A stretch of 64,000 nt of DNA from a virus (Duplodnaviria; Caudoviricetes). Position 1 is the stretch's first letter. Each line of letters starts with the position of its first letter. Under the pieces are notes generated by a model. The model ran no database searches. It worked only from the letters and a program-made list of their open reading frames with translations, and was not told where the DNA came from. Shown here in pieces: positions 1 to 9,685 of this stretch. The DNA lies in the IMG/VR virus record IMGVR_UViG_2925282926_000001, positions 32,001-96,000 of that record; one strand, given 5' to 3'. The translations under genes and the position numbers were made by a program.

Positions 1-978
1 GCGAAGCTTGTTCTTTGCGAGCCTTTGGGCTTCGGCTACAGAAGCAACTTCCTGATTGATCCTCAATACCGGACCATCAACTCCAGGGATTCTGTATGTC
101 GCCGTTATCGGTACCTTTTTCTTGGCTTCCTTCTTCTTGTCCGCTGCTGCTGCGATGGAGAATGTTTTGGGTGTAGGTAAGTCAGGATCAAGAGGAATGT
201 CCGGCTTGTCGGTCTTCCCCTTTTTCTTCTTGTCCGCTGCTTTCTTTTTCTTGGCTGAAGAAACAGGAGGCTTGTAAGTGACCACACAAGCACTGTAAGC
301 CGTGTCGGAATCGGACATTGAAAAGCTCCAACTCAGGATATTAGACTTGCCATATTCAAGTTGCATGACTGGGGTTGTCTTCTCGAACTCTGCTTCATCA
401 AAAAGAACCAGTGACCCGGTTGTTATCTTGATCGCCACACCTTCGTCTGAACAAAGCTTGGTCAGAAAGTCCAGGTCAGTTTGTTCGTTCTGGTCCAACC
501 TGTCGTATGTCGGATTGATCTTGATGTTATAAGACAGCTTGAGTTTGCAACGATTGGCAATCTCCTGGGCTACAGAACGGAACTTAACCTTTTCCCACCC
601 TTTCGTCCTAACCTGTCTGAGTGCAGCCGAACCGCCTTTAGGCAGTGCTGTAGCTGTCAGGGTGACCAGGTTAGGAGGGCCGGACAGGTCAATTGATTCC
701 AATTCAAACGATCCGCATTTGATTTTCCCTTTGTCCTTCGCCTTTTCCCAATCTGTTGTATTGACCTCAGCCACAATCCTATCACCAAGAACAGGTTTCC
801 AGGCTTTTATCCACTTACGTTCCCTGTCGTCCAGGTTGATAGTGATTTTGTCTTGTTCACCTGGGGCAGCATCATTGTAAGAAAATCCAGTTAAGAACGC
901 CGCCAGTTGTTGCGTGACGTTCTTCCCGGCGTATTTAACAGCAACAGTTGCCCTTCGAGCATTTTGGATACTACTCAA
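1..978 (-). CDS. Phage late control D / baseplate hub protein (3' end outside window)
   Basis: Own translation from TTG at 978: MSSIQNARRATVAVKYAGKNVTQQLAAFLTGFSYNDAAPGEQDKITINLDDRERKW...; QTDLDFL motif; follows gpX; absent from the ORF track because there is no stop in the window. Confidence 0.85.
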   Translation of the reverse strand, partial: MSSIQNARRATVAVKYAGKNVTQQLAAFLTGFSYNDAAPGEQDKITINLDDRERKWIKAWKPVLGDRIVAEVNTTDWEKAKDKGKIKCGSFELESIDLSGPPNLVTLTATALPKGGSAALRQVRTKGWEKVKFRSVAQEIANRCKLKLSYNIKINPTYDRLDQNEQTDLDFLTKLCSDEGVAIKITTGSLVLFDEAEFEKTTPVMQLEYGKSNILSWSFSMSDSDTAYSACVVTYKPPVSSAKKKKAADKKKKGKTDKPDIPLDPDLPTPKTFSIAAAADKKKEAKKKVPITATYRIPGVDGPVLRINQEVASVAEAQRLAKNKLR

Positions 979-1189
979 CGCCTTCCGCCTCCGTTCTCCA
1001 TGGTGGAAGGTCAGAAGCAACTTCCACCTCAAAATCAGGAACCTGAAGAACTATTCCAGCCGGGAAAATAACGTACTCAATGTAATCCGGGTTGGATTGC
1101 AGCAGTGCTGTTGTACCAGCGATGGAGCCAGTGAGCTTATACGCTATCTGGTCCCACATGTCGCCTTGAATAGTTGTGTATGTCGTCAT
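971..1189 (-). CDS. Tail protein X (P2 gpX-like, LysM-like)
   Basis: YTTIQGDMWDQIAYK...LLQSNP...FPAGIVLQVP...LPPW motif; position after TMP. Confidence 0.88.
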   Translation of the reverse strand: MTTYTTIQGDMWDQIAYKLTGSIAGTTALLQSNPDYIEYVIFPAGIVLQVPDFEVEVASDLPPWRTEAEGVE

Positions 1190-2739
1190 TGCGATAAGCT
1201 CACCCGCTTTCTATCTCTTTCATATTGGGCCATGTAGTTCTTGAACTCTTGGAATCCTGTGGCGTTAGCCTGAGACAAAGTATTCTTGTCTGCATTGCCA
1301 TGGATAACGATGTTCGGGGCGTATGTGACTTGCATTGGTTCAGAAGAACCGCCACCACCATAACCCATTTCTCTATTGGCAGAAGCCAAGAGAGCATGCG
1401 AACGAGGCTTGTTGTTCATCGGGATAACATACTCTGGATTTCCGCCCTCACCTATCTGAGCGATTTCAGGACCTGATACCCTTCCGCCTTTGGCGTATCC
1501 CTCAATCTCCGGTATCTTCGCCACGCTAACACCAAACGTACCTCCGCCGAGGAAATCAGGTATATCCAGGGAAATAGAGTTAATCCGGTCAATGGCTTTG
1601 TTGATCAACCGAATAACGGCGTTGATAGGTGTTGCCACCAAGCCCTTGAGCGTTCCCCAAATACCGCCGAACGTCTGGACGATACCTTCCCAAGCCGTGG
1701 ACCAATTGCCCGAGAACACGCCTGTTATGAACGTGATTATGCCGCCGAAAGTATCCCACAATCCATTCACAACGTTCATGATGGTCGCTATGGCTGTTGT
1801 TACCGAATATTTAATGAGAGGCCAAGCATAATTAAACGCCGCTACCAGGCTGTCAAGAACAGGCTTTATGGAATTCCATATCGCTGTAATTAATGGCCCT
1901 ATAAGGTTGACCACGTTCTGGATGTGCGGGACCATTCTTCCCCATGCAGCCAGAAATTGCGGTATTACAGACGTTCCAATGAATGTGAAGACCTGTCCGA
2001 TGATCGGACCAACCTTACCAGCGATATAAGTTACGATTGGGGTCAAAGCACCAACAACCTGTTTACCTAGGTTGACAACGACTTTAGCCATCGCTGCAAT
2101 CACTGGAGCCGCGAGCTTGACATTGTCACGGATAACATTGAACACGTTCATAAAGATCGTTTTCGCCTTTTCAAGAGCCGGAGCCGATGCCTTGACAAAG
2201 GATTGGACATCCTTCTTGATCTTGTCGAATCCCCCGCCTCCCCCGCCAAATAACTTCTTGAAATCGATGGCACCTATGAACTTCTTAACCTTCGGCATGA
2301 CATCACCGAACCAGCTCGAAAATGCAGACAAGGCAGGCAAGGCCAGTTCCGTGATCGGGATAATAACAGAGGTGCTTATCTGTCTACCGATCCCCTTGAA
2401 TGCATCTCCCATACTGCTGTACTTGATCTTGGCAATCTCATTCATCGTATCCTTGGTCTTATCAAACTGACCCCCGGCCTCACCCATGGCCTTGATCGCT
2501 GAATACTCCAGGTCTTCAAACTGCGTGCCAAATAGCGCAACACCTGCGGCGTTACGCTTAACTTTGTCATCCACTTTGGATAGGGCTTGGAAAATCTTCT
2601 GCGTCGCAAGCTTGGCGGCATCCCCGCCACCTGCGATGGCTTGTTCATACTGTACGGCATTGAGTCCCAGGGCTTCGTAACCTTCGTAACTTGTTTTAGA
2701 TTGGTCCTTAGTACGGATACCAAGTTCCTTGATCGCGTC
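1186..2739 (-). CDS. Tail tape measure protein, 3' exon (517 aa)
   Basis: GVALFGTQFEDL and W/F-spaced amphipathic repeats; joins exon 1 in frame as FQLDKVG|DAIKELGIR. Confidence 0.9.
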   Translation of the reverse strand, partial: DAIKELGIRTKDQSKTSYEGYEALGLNAVQYEQAIAGGGDAAKLATQKIFQALSKVDDKVKRNAAGVALFGTQFEDLEYSAIKAMGEAGGQFDKTKDTMNEIAKIKYSSMGDAFKGIGRQISTSVIIPITELALPALSAFSSWFGDVMPKVKKFIGAIDFKKLFGGGGGGFDKIKKDVQSFVKASAPALEKAKTIFMNVFNVIRDNVKLAAPVIAAMAKVVVNLGKQVVGALTPIVTYIAGKVGPIIGQVFTFIGTSVIPQFLAAWGRMVPHIQNVVNLIGPLITAIWNSIKPVLDSLVAAFNYAWPLIKYSVTTAIATIMNVVNGLWDTFGGIITFITGVFSGNWSTAWEGIVQTFGGIWGTLKGLVATPINAVIRLINKAIDRINSISLDIPDFLGGGTFGVSVAKIPEIEGYAKGGRVSGPEIAQIGEGGNPEYVIPMNNKPRSHALLASANREMGYGGGGSSEPMQVTYAPNIVIHGNADKNTLSQANATGFQEFKNYMAQYERDRKRVSLSQ

Positions 2740-4096
2740 CATTTCTGTTCACATGGTGTCGCTAATACCATGCCGCCGATCGGCAGCTGTATGTTTCCAT
2801 ACAGATCAGACTATATCTTCATCCAAGCAATAAAAAAAGAAGGCTTGGATGCCTCCCGTTTCGAGCCGCTTGGCCCTACGTCTTTCGACTAGTCGTTGAA
2901 GGTTCTGCCCTCGTTGTATTTAAATAAAAGATCATCCATCGTATCTTTGTCAGTCACATCTTCTCTGAAAAGTTTGTATCCCCTGGTATGACGATACTTG
3001 CCTGTTAAGGCATTATATAAGTTGGAATAACTGGTCTTGGAACCGACTCGAACATCAAACCAACTTTTCAAATCAAACCACGAGTCAAACTTATAAATTT
3101 CTCCGTTTGATACGTCCACAGCATAAGAAGAGACTGATTTTGCATTTGGATGGATACTGCCTTGTCTATGATCTTTTATTACAACTGGTTCAATGATTCC
3201 GTGTTTGAATTTATGTTCAATCTCAGTTAGGACTCGGTGATCTGTGACATCTTGGCGAAAAAACATATGACCTTTAAAAGTCTTTCGACCTTTTCCGCCT
3301 CGCATGACTGCAAGAACACCGCTACGGCTCAATTTTATACCTCTCTTTTCAAATGAATCTCTTAAATCAAAAAAAGAGTTGAATTTCTCAATTAAACCAG
3401 TCGAACACTCCAAGGAATAACATATTACAGCCTTTATAGATGGATTAGCGTTACCTTTTAAGCGTCCTCTATTTGAATTACCGATCTTCTCTTTTGTGTC
3501 TATTGACATCTTAGTTCCAAATAGAGGATGGTTTATTCCGCTAACAAGGTGTCCCTTTCCATACTTAGGATTAGATTCCCCAGACCAGCTTCCGCGCTTC
3601 TTGTGGGTGACGCTGATTTTCTTCCTCGTCTCCTTTGAGAAAACCGCCCCATTCATTCCTTCGCCCCCCAAAGTCGCGTTATATCCATGCGCATCCTTGT
3701 TATGAGCAAAGGTTTTCATTTTTCCAATGAAGTGTTTTTCTCTTTCAGCAGCTTCCGCGAGTGTTTCGACTTGTTCAATTAACTCGGTATAAAATTGGTC
3801 TTTCCCATATTTCCTTATAGCTCGGCAGAGATACCTTTCGCTTGATCCACGAGATTGTTTGATATGATCATTGAATCTCGACTCATATCCCTTTGACGTG
3901 TATCCTACATATCTTTTGCCGTTCACTTTATTTGTGATTACATATATATCATACACGGAATAAATCCCCCTCAGGCAGCTTCCCTGCTGATTGTCTTCCC
4001 TAAACCAATCATACCAAACTTAATTCCTTGATGGTATCTTTTGGATGGGTTAAGACTTCCCAGCATAAAGAGAGGTTTAACGTGAGCTATACGATA
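2740..4096 (-). ncRNA. Group I self-splicing intron (IA-like) in the tape measure gene, 1357 nt
   Basis: P1 exon GUGGGU pairs with intron GCUCAC, with a U-G pair at the 5' splice site; P AUGCUGGGAA, Q AAUCAGCAGG, R CUUCAACGACUA, S AAGAUAUAGUCU; terminal G at 2740; splicing restores frame. Confidence 0.93.
2889..3956 (-). CDS. Intron-encoded GIY-YIG homing endonuclease with NUMOD-type DNA-binding repeats
   Basis: N-terminal DIYVITNKVNGKRYVG...R...H; GYNATLGG; SKETRKKIS / SIDTKEKIG NUMOD3-like repeats; stop codon overlaps the intron R element. Confidence 0.92.
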   Translation of the reverse strand: MYDIYVITNKVNGKRYVGYTSKGYESRFNDHIKQSRGSSERYLCRAIRKYGKDQFYTELIEQVETLAEAAEREKHFIGKMKTFAHNKDAHGYNATLGGEGMNGAVFSKETRKKISVTHKKRGSWSGESNPKYGKGHLVSGINHPLFGTKMSIDTKEKIGNSNRGRLKGNANPSIKAVICYSLECSTGLIEKFNSFFDLRDSFEKRGIKLSRSGVLAVMRGGKGRKTFKGHMFFRQDVTDHRVLTEIEHKFKHGIIEPVVIKDHRQGSIHPNAKSVSSYAVDVSNGEIYKFDSWFDLKSWFDVRVGSKTSYSNLYNALTGKYRHTRGYKLFREDVTDKDTMDDLLFKYNEGRTFND

Positions 4097-5125
4097 ACCC
4101 ACCTTGTCGAGCTGGAATACCCCATCTTTAGCCCCTGCACCGAACATATCAAACATGTCCGTTGCATCATAGCCAAGCGTTTTAAAGTAAACTGAGTATT
4201 CGGAAATGCTATCTAAAAGCTCGCCGGAAGTGTTCAAACCCTGCTGTGTCCCCCGTGCCATGAGGTTAAATGCTTCGTGCTGCGATACTCCAAATTGCTT
4301 GGTCATTTGATCTGCTGCACGTATAGACTGCGTTACATCCTCACCGAACGTATCTCGGTAGGCGATAGCGTCCTTGGTGGCCTGCTGGAGTGCTGCACCG
4401 GACAAACCCGTGACTTGCTTTACCGTGGAGATGGATTGCGCCATGTCGTTCCAATTCTCGCCTAAACTTTGGCTGTACAAGTCTTTGGCGATATTCTTCA
4501 TTTCCTCCAACTCTTTGTTGGACATACCTGTTGCAACTTGCATTTGGTTCATCGCTTTTTGATATTGGTCAGATGCACTAGCGATAGCGAAAGCGCCAGC
4601 ACCTGCAGCAACTCCCGCCATTAATGACGGGTTGCCCAAAGCAACTATTCCTCCAGATCCACCATCATCACTGTTTTCATCGCCTCCACCACCGCCACCT
4701 CCAGGACCGCGGTTTTGGTTGATGCGCCTCATGCGTTCCTCAAGCTCTCTAATTTGACGAACATATCTTTCGATACCATCGTTAAATCTGTTATTAGGCT
4801 GACGGATACGGCTGATCGTTTCCATGGCACGTTGTATCTGGCGCAGCTCAGGCAAGACATGACCGATCTGTTGTTTCAGCTTGGTGAAATAATCGTTAGG
4901 ACCAGGAATGCGGTTGATCTGCCTCATGTCCTGTTCCAGCTTAGCGGTTTCTCGCTGGAGGTTCTGTAGGAGGGTCCCGCTTATGCGTGTTCCCTCGATA
5001 TCTTTTATCTGTCTCTCCAGCTTTTCAAAATCCCGTTCCACCTTGTTAAAGACCGTGTGAAACGTGGAGTCCATAGCCGCTGTCATGTCGAAATTAATCT
5101 TGTATTCCTTGCGACCTCCAGCCAC
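4097..5125 (-). CDS. Tail tape measure protein, 5' exon (343 aa; spliced product 860 aa)
   Basis: PhageMin_Tail-like segment (GELLDSISEYSVYFKTLG...GVFQLDKVG); the ORF-track residues after KVG are intron sequence. Confidence 0.9.
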
Positions 5126-5310
5126 TATTTATCCCCTTCTTTCTTGTCCTCAGGGCTTATGTCATTTATGGCCTTTTGCCACTGCCAAAGTTCCAGGAGT
5201 GGGCAGGACATGAAGTATTCAAATCCGCCGTTGAGGTGGTGAGAACACGAGGCGACAATTTTAAAAGCGTTTCGCCTCGGCTCATCCCCTAACCCCGCGA
5301 GAGCAAAAAA
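5125..5310 (-). CDS. -1 frameshift extension of the tail assembly chaperone (P2 gpE+E'-like)
   Basis: Slippery T TTT TTG at 5310-5304; -1 frame open to TAG overlapping the TMP GTG; reads ...GGFEYFMSCPLLELWQWQKAI... Confidence 0.75.
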   Translation of the reverse strand, partial: FFALAGLGDEPRRNAFKIVASCSHHLNGGFEYFMSCPLLELWQWQKAINDISPEDKKEGDK

Positions 5311-5645
5311 CCTTGCATCTGACCCCCGAGTTCAAGAGCATCAGGTCCGTTGAGGTTGAGCATAACGTCAGGAGTGATTCCAGCAGCGCGAGCCGCCACA
5401 ACCATCTGATAAGCGAAATTCGTTGCCTTGAGGATCATGGTCGCCACCTCTTGTGCAGGCAACACCTGGAGCAAGTCGCTTTCAGCAGCGATGAGGCCGC
5501 GCACATTCAGTTTGCTGTAATCAAGGTACAATTCATTGTGTACTGTGTCGCCATCCACCAAAGGTTCAGATAAGGGAAACTTAATCCCTGGTCGTTTCGC
5601 ATCTTCTACTGCCTGTTCAGGTTGTTTTTTATCCAAGTCGCTCAT
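5289..5645 (-). CDS. Tail assembly chaperone
   Basis: Between tube and TMP; LNGPD...GFLL C-terminus with slippery site. Confidence 0.82.
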   Translation of the reverse strand: MSDLDKKQPEQAVEDAKRPGIKFPLSEPLVDGDTVHNELYLDYSKLNVRGLIAAESDLLQVLPAQEVATMILKATNFAYQMVVAARAAGITPDVMLNLNGPDALELGGQMQGFLLSRG

Positions 5646-5660
5646 GTGTTTACCCTCCGA

Positions 5661-6179
5661 TTAATATCCTAAGATTTTTTTGATATCTGAATTCTGGTCC
5701 TCGCCATTGATCCGGAAGACGTAAGCGAGCTTGTCAACCTCCAGAACAGCAACGCCATCGATAAAGATTTTGATATACGTCATTTCCAATTCGGTCGTTC
5801 CGCCTGTCGACTCATTTTTAGCAAGCGAACCCAGGTTACTGTTTTTGCTGAGTCCACGGAATGTGATTTTGATACCTTCAGCAAGCACCGCACCGGATGT
5901 GTTATCCACGATCTGTTGAGCGGACCGGAATTCCAATGCAATTTGACCGGACTTCATCATGCTGAAAGCTTGCCGCACGATAACGTTCCAGTTGATGGTC
6001 AATGTCTGAGAAGCGAATTGACCAGGGGAAGGTACCTCGATAATACCCATAACCCCTGCGCCGCTGATCTCAGTTGTCAGTGTCTCAAAACCCGGAAGCT
6101 CGATATTTGCGGTTGCGAGACGGTCAGCCTTGCCTTCTTCGAAGACTGAGAAGTCGATTGTTTTCAAAGGAATTTCCAT
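5661..6179 (-). CDS. Tail tube protein (P2 FII-like)
   Basis: IELP...EISGAGVMG...LEVDKLAYVFRINGED. Confidence 0.9.
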   Translation of the reverse strand: MEIPLKTIDFSVFEEGKADRLATANIELPGFETLTTEISGAGVMGIIEVPSPGQFASQTLTINWNVIVRQAFSMMKSGQIALEFRSAQQIVDNTSGAVLAEGIKITFRGLSKNSNLGSLAKNESTGGTTELEMTYIKIFIDGVAVLEVDKLAYVFRINGEDQNSDIKKILGY

Positions 6180-6195
6180 ACTTCGTTAGCCTCCT

Positions 6196-7653
6196 TTATG
6201 CGCCGAAAAAGGCGTTCATATATGATGTGTCGTACTCGAAAATACCTTCGATTTCTTGGAAAGGTCCTGGTGGCGTGATAAAGAAGTGGAACCGTGCTTT
6301 ACCTTGCATCAGGTCCGCGATTGGATTCTCTGTCTCCAGGAACTCAACACGACCCCCAAGCAGGTATCCAGAAGCGACCAAACCGTTAAGCCATATGTTT
6401 GCACCGTCCGTAACTTCTTGGACGACACGAGTGTTCATCATGTCATCAACCTTGCTCCAAAACTGAATTGCAAAGTTGTTTTCCACCCAATCGAACATGC
6501 CTCGAACCGGAATGAAACCGCGCTGCGGGTCACGGAAGTCAGGGAATGCACCAGTCCTATTTCCCCAGGCAACAATGGTACCTGTGAAGTTAATCGCGGT
6601 TACGATACCTTCGGCGTTGATTTCATCGGCAATACTCTTGCCGATAACCATTTCTGTACCATCAGAGTAAATGATTGCATCAGCCATCAAAGGCTTGTTC
6701 GATGCAGATTCAGCAGGTACACCATCGTTACTTGCGTCAGTTGCACATGCAGCGCCGGTGTATAAAGTGGACATACGATACCTGCGACCGGATCGAACCG
6801 CCATCGGGTACGTATTGATCTGGCGTTCATCTCGGTATCCATTATCCTGCTTCCACTGAGCGATGGCATTCCAGCGAACTGAAGCGTCAAGGTCAGTAAC
6901 AGCACGAACCCTGAACATACCATTAAGGCTTTGTGAATTCCGAACCATAGCCGCTGCAACCATAGGCTCTTGTGAATAACCAGGAGCCGCAAGATAAGTA
7001 GGGGCATGTTGAAATCGTGGGAAAACTTCCTCCAGCAAGTCCAGTCCAGAACGGATCCCAGTTTCATCATCAGTACCGCCGATGATGTCAGTCCCGGTTA
7101 CGCCAGAAGCGTCCAATTTACTGAATGCAACACTCAAGGAATTCGCATCGGCTGGAATTGTTCCCGATCCGAGAACCGAGATAACAATTTGTCCATTGGC
7201 ATCGAATTTAACGCCGTAATCCGTACCGAGCGTGTATGTTGAAGCAGCATCGGCGGACTTAACAACCAGGCTGTTACGTAAAACGCCTTGCTCCTCGATT
7301 GTCACTGTCTTTTTAATGATCGGTTTGACTGAAGCAGCAACAACTTCTGTATGAACAGCCGGATCCAGAACGTTGATTAACACAATCGGGCTACCCAATT
7401 TATGCAACTCGAAATGTGAATGGATCGCCTCGGACAGCGTGAAGTTTTCGAAATCGTAAGAGAAACCAAATGCAGCAACAGCTTCGTCATATGAACGAGC
7501 CAACACCGGGACGTTGAGAGCCGATGAAGGATCATTCAACAAGTTCACCGGAGCCGTACCCACGAAAACAGGAGTGCTATACGCTGGCGGTCGTGCAGCC
7601 TGCGGCGACATCGGTTTTTCAGTGAGCGTAAAACCATGTTTTTCAATAGCCAT
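6196..7653 (-). CDS. Contractile tail sheath protein
   Basis: PVFVGTAPVN, LAAPGYS, ESASNK, AWGNRT, ITPPGP motifs. Confidence 0.93.
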   Translation of the reverse strand: MAIEKHGFTLTEKPMSPQAARPPAYSTPVFVGTAPVNLLNDPSSALNVPVLARSYDEAVAAFGFSYDFENFTLSEAIHSHFELHKLGSPIVLINVLDPAVHTEVVAASVKPIIKKTVTIEEQGVLRNSLVVKSADAASTYTLGTDYGVKFDANGQIVISVLGSGTIPADANSLSVAFSKLDASGVTGTDIIGGTDDETGIRSGLDLLEEVFPRFQHAPTYLAAPGYSQEPMVAAAMVRNSQSLNGMFRVRAVTDLDASVRWNAIAQWKQDNGYRDERQINTYPMAVRSGRRYRMSTLYTGAACATDASNDGVPAESASNKPLMADAIIYSDGTEMVIGKSIADEINAEGIVTAINFTGTIVAWGNRTGAFPDFRDPQRGFIPVRGMFDWVENNFAIQFWSKVDDMMNTRVVQEVTDGANIWLNGLVASGYLLGGRVEFLETENPIADLMQGKARFHFFITPPGPFQEIEGIFEYDTSYMNAFFGA

Positions 7654-7982
7654 TAGATCTCACCTCTCTTGATCATGTCTTGTAAATCTTTGTAGCATCC
7701 AGCCTCAAACGAGTCCGGTTCGTAGTTCATCGCGATGCTAGCCGACAGAGATCCCGTGAGGGGTAGCAACAATGCTCTGACTTGATAAAGCTTGTCATAA
7801 AGCGGACGTGCTCTTTCAGGGAAACCGCTCGTCATGTTTCCGGGACGGAGCTTGATGCTGGAGATTTGCGGACCCAACCACGTCCATGTTTCTTTACCTG
7901 TTGCGAACGTCTCCACTGGCGGAGATGCTGTTTTTGTAGCCGGCTTTGTCACCTTTACTTCTTTCTCATCTGGTGTAGCCAT
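7653..7982 (-). CDS. Hypothetical phage protein preceding sheath
   Basis: Translationally coupled ORF in the structural operon. Confidence 0.65.
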   Translation of the reverse strand: MATPDEKEVKVTKPATKTASPPVETFATGKETWTWLGPQISSIKLRPGNMTSGFPERARPLYDKLYQVRALLLPLTGSLSASIAMNYEPDSFEAGCYKDLQDMIKRGEI

Positions 7983-8529
7983 TAATAAAGTCCACCTTTC
8001 GTTCTAAAGTTGGTATCGCCCATGTGGTCATGAACTCACCAGACCAGTAAGGATAGGCTTGTTCCTCATGCAAAACAAAAGAGACGGGCCTTTGTAAATC
8101 GGCAGCCGCCCCCATTGTTCCAGTTGTTATGAAGTTCTGTCTGATCACTTGTGCCAGGTGCATAACATCCCGATACCCATCCTCGTCGTACGAATACGTG
8201 GCAATGAGGATTTTTACGGGAATATCAGCCTGCGCTTGTCCGTCTTGGTCGTATTCCGAGTCATCGACTCCGGTTGCGCGGATGATGATAAACGGGAAAA
8301 CGTCCTTGGTAAGCTCCTTGTCTAATACCTGATTGTTTTTGTTGACCCCGGTGATTGTGACAGGAACAGCGGGATCGGGCGGTTGTTCTTTTGGACCTGA
8401 GATTTTTTGCGGCAAATATCCGATGTGTACATTGGGAGCCTTTTTGTTGTCTCCGATCTGCATATCTCTGGTCAATTCAATCAATCGCTCTTTCATGTAA
8501 TCCAATAATTCAAGTGGCGTAAGGCTCAT
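7966..8529 (-). CDS. Putative tail terminator / completion protein
   Basis: FPFIIIR...EQAYPYWSG motif; synteny. Confidence 0.6.
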   Translation of the reverse strand: MSLTPLELLDYMKERLIELTRDMQIGDNKKAPNVHIGYLPQKISGPKEQPPDPAVPVTITGVNKNNQVLDKELTKDVFPFIIIRATGVDDSEYDQDGQAQADIPVKILIATYSYDEDGYRDVMHLAQVIRQNFITTGTMGAAADLQRPVSFVLHEEQAYPYWSGEFMTTWAIPTLERKVDFINGYTR

Positions 8530-9086
8530 AGGTTAATCCTCCCTAAATTGCGTCCCAATTCGTGCATCATCCTTGTTTCAAAGGCTTCTTTCAGTACCTT
8601 TTCAGTCTCTTCTCGTACCTCTTGCTTGTTGACCATGACAGGGACAGCAGGCCCGAGCAATTCTTTGATCGGTAAGCGTTTCTTAGTCTTCCTTTCAAGG
8701 ACACCGATATGGCTTCCTACCTTGGTCACAAATGCACCAGGAACGACCTTTTTGCCACCGTTTAGGATAGAGGCTTTTAGTACTTTAGGAAGCTTTTTAG
8801 GCGTTGGCTTGCTCGGGTAGGTCTTGAACCTGATCAGAGGCATAGAACCATCAGATGATACCAGCTTAGACCGCAAACTACCTGCGCTCGCTTTGCCTGC
8901 GCTGAACGTCTTGGTAATCGATGCGGCCTTGACTGTGTACTTTTCCCTCACCTTCCGAGAAGCGGCTGTACGAGCCATTTGTGTAGCTCTGTTCATGGCT
9001 GAGGCCGCTGATTTAGGGACGGAAGTCTCTACTTTCGATCCAAAGTTTCTTACTCTACGGGCATTACTTTTAATCCTGATCCTCAT
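8526..9086 (-). CDS. Minor tail protein Z (lambda gpZ-like)
   Basis: Basic protein, AMNRA...RLPIKELLGPAVPVM. Confidence 0.8.
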   Translation of the reverse strand: MRIRIKSNARRVRNFGSKVETSVPKSAASAMNRATQMARTAASRKVREKYTVKAASITKTFSAGKASAGSLRSKLVSSDGSMPLIRFKTYPSKPTPKKLPKVLKASILNGGKKVVPGAFVTKVGSHIGVLERKTKKRLPIKELLGPAVPVMVNKQEVREETEKVLKEAFETRMMHELGRNLGRINL

Positions 9087-9087
9087 T

Positions 9088-9435
9088 TTAAAAAGTCCTG
9101 TTTGCTATCAATGAGATTTTAATGACTCCAAACTCGTTGAATGCGCCCGTAACTTCGTACTGCTGTCCGTCGACTTTGACAATATCGCCATCGGAAGGGG
9201 TGTAGGCCAAATGTTCATGGGGGATATGAACAACGGCGTTATTTACAACAACACCCTCAACCATAACAACAGGTTTACCGCTGAAATCGAATGACTCGAA
9301 GATCATCGGCAGGTTACGGGCAGTCCTCTCGTCTTTCGGATCGTTTTGCCAAGAATGAAGCTCAGCAAACTCCAGCGGATTAAAGAAAACCCTCTGGATA
9401 TCTATCCTCATTTGATCCCTAAGAGACATGGACAA
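9088..9435 (-). CDS. Head-tail joining (head closure) protein
   Basis: DIQRVFFNPLEFAELH motif; synteny. Confidence 0.7.
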   Translation of the reverse strand: MSMSLRDQMRIDIQRVFFNPLEFAELHSWQNDPKDERTARNLPMIFESFDFSGKPVVMVEGVVVNNAVVHIPHEHLAYTPSDGDIVKVDGQQYEVTGAFNEFGVIKISLIANRTF

Positions 9436-9448
9436 TCACCCGCCTTTT

Positions 9449-9661
9449 TTAATCCTCTGTTGCTCCTCCTTCTTCAAGCTGCTTAAGGCGCTCTGCCTCA
9501 GCCTTTTTAACCCGCTCTTTTTCAGCATCAGGATTGATAATCGCCTTTGCTTTGATTAACCGTTCAAGGTCTGCCTTTTCCACACCTTTTGTCGGGAAAT
9601 CAACATCCTTTTCGTACTGAACTCCATCGTGCTTGATTTTCATTGTCGTTTTATATGCCAT
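9449..9661 (-). CDS. Small hypothetical protein after capsid
   Basis: IKHDGVQYEKD...RLIKAKAI; SD present. Confidence 0.65.
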   Translation of the reverse strand: MAYKTTMKIKHDGVQYEKDVDFPTKGVEKADLERLIKAKAIINPDAEKERVKKAEAERLKQLEEGGATED

Positions 9662-9685
9662 GGTTAAATACCTCCGATTTTTTAA

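Noticed and set aside
1186-5125. Tape measure gene as a pseudogene or as two separate genes
   Set aside because: Explained by a group I intron; the ATG at 2742 is the intron's last three bases and has no SD
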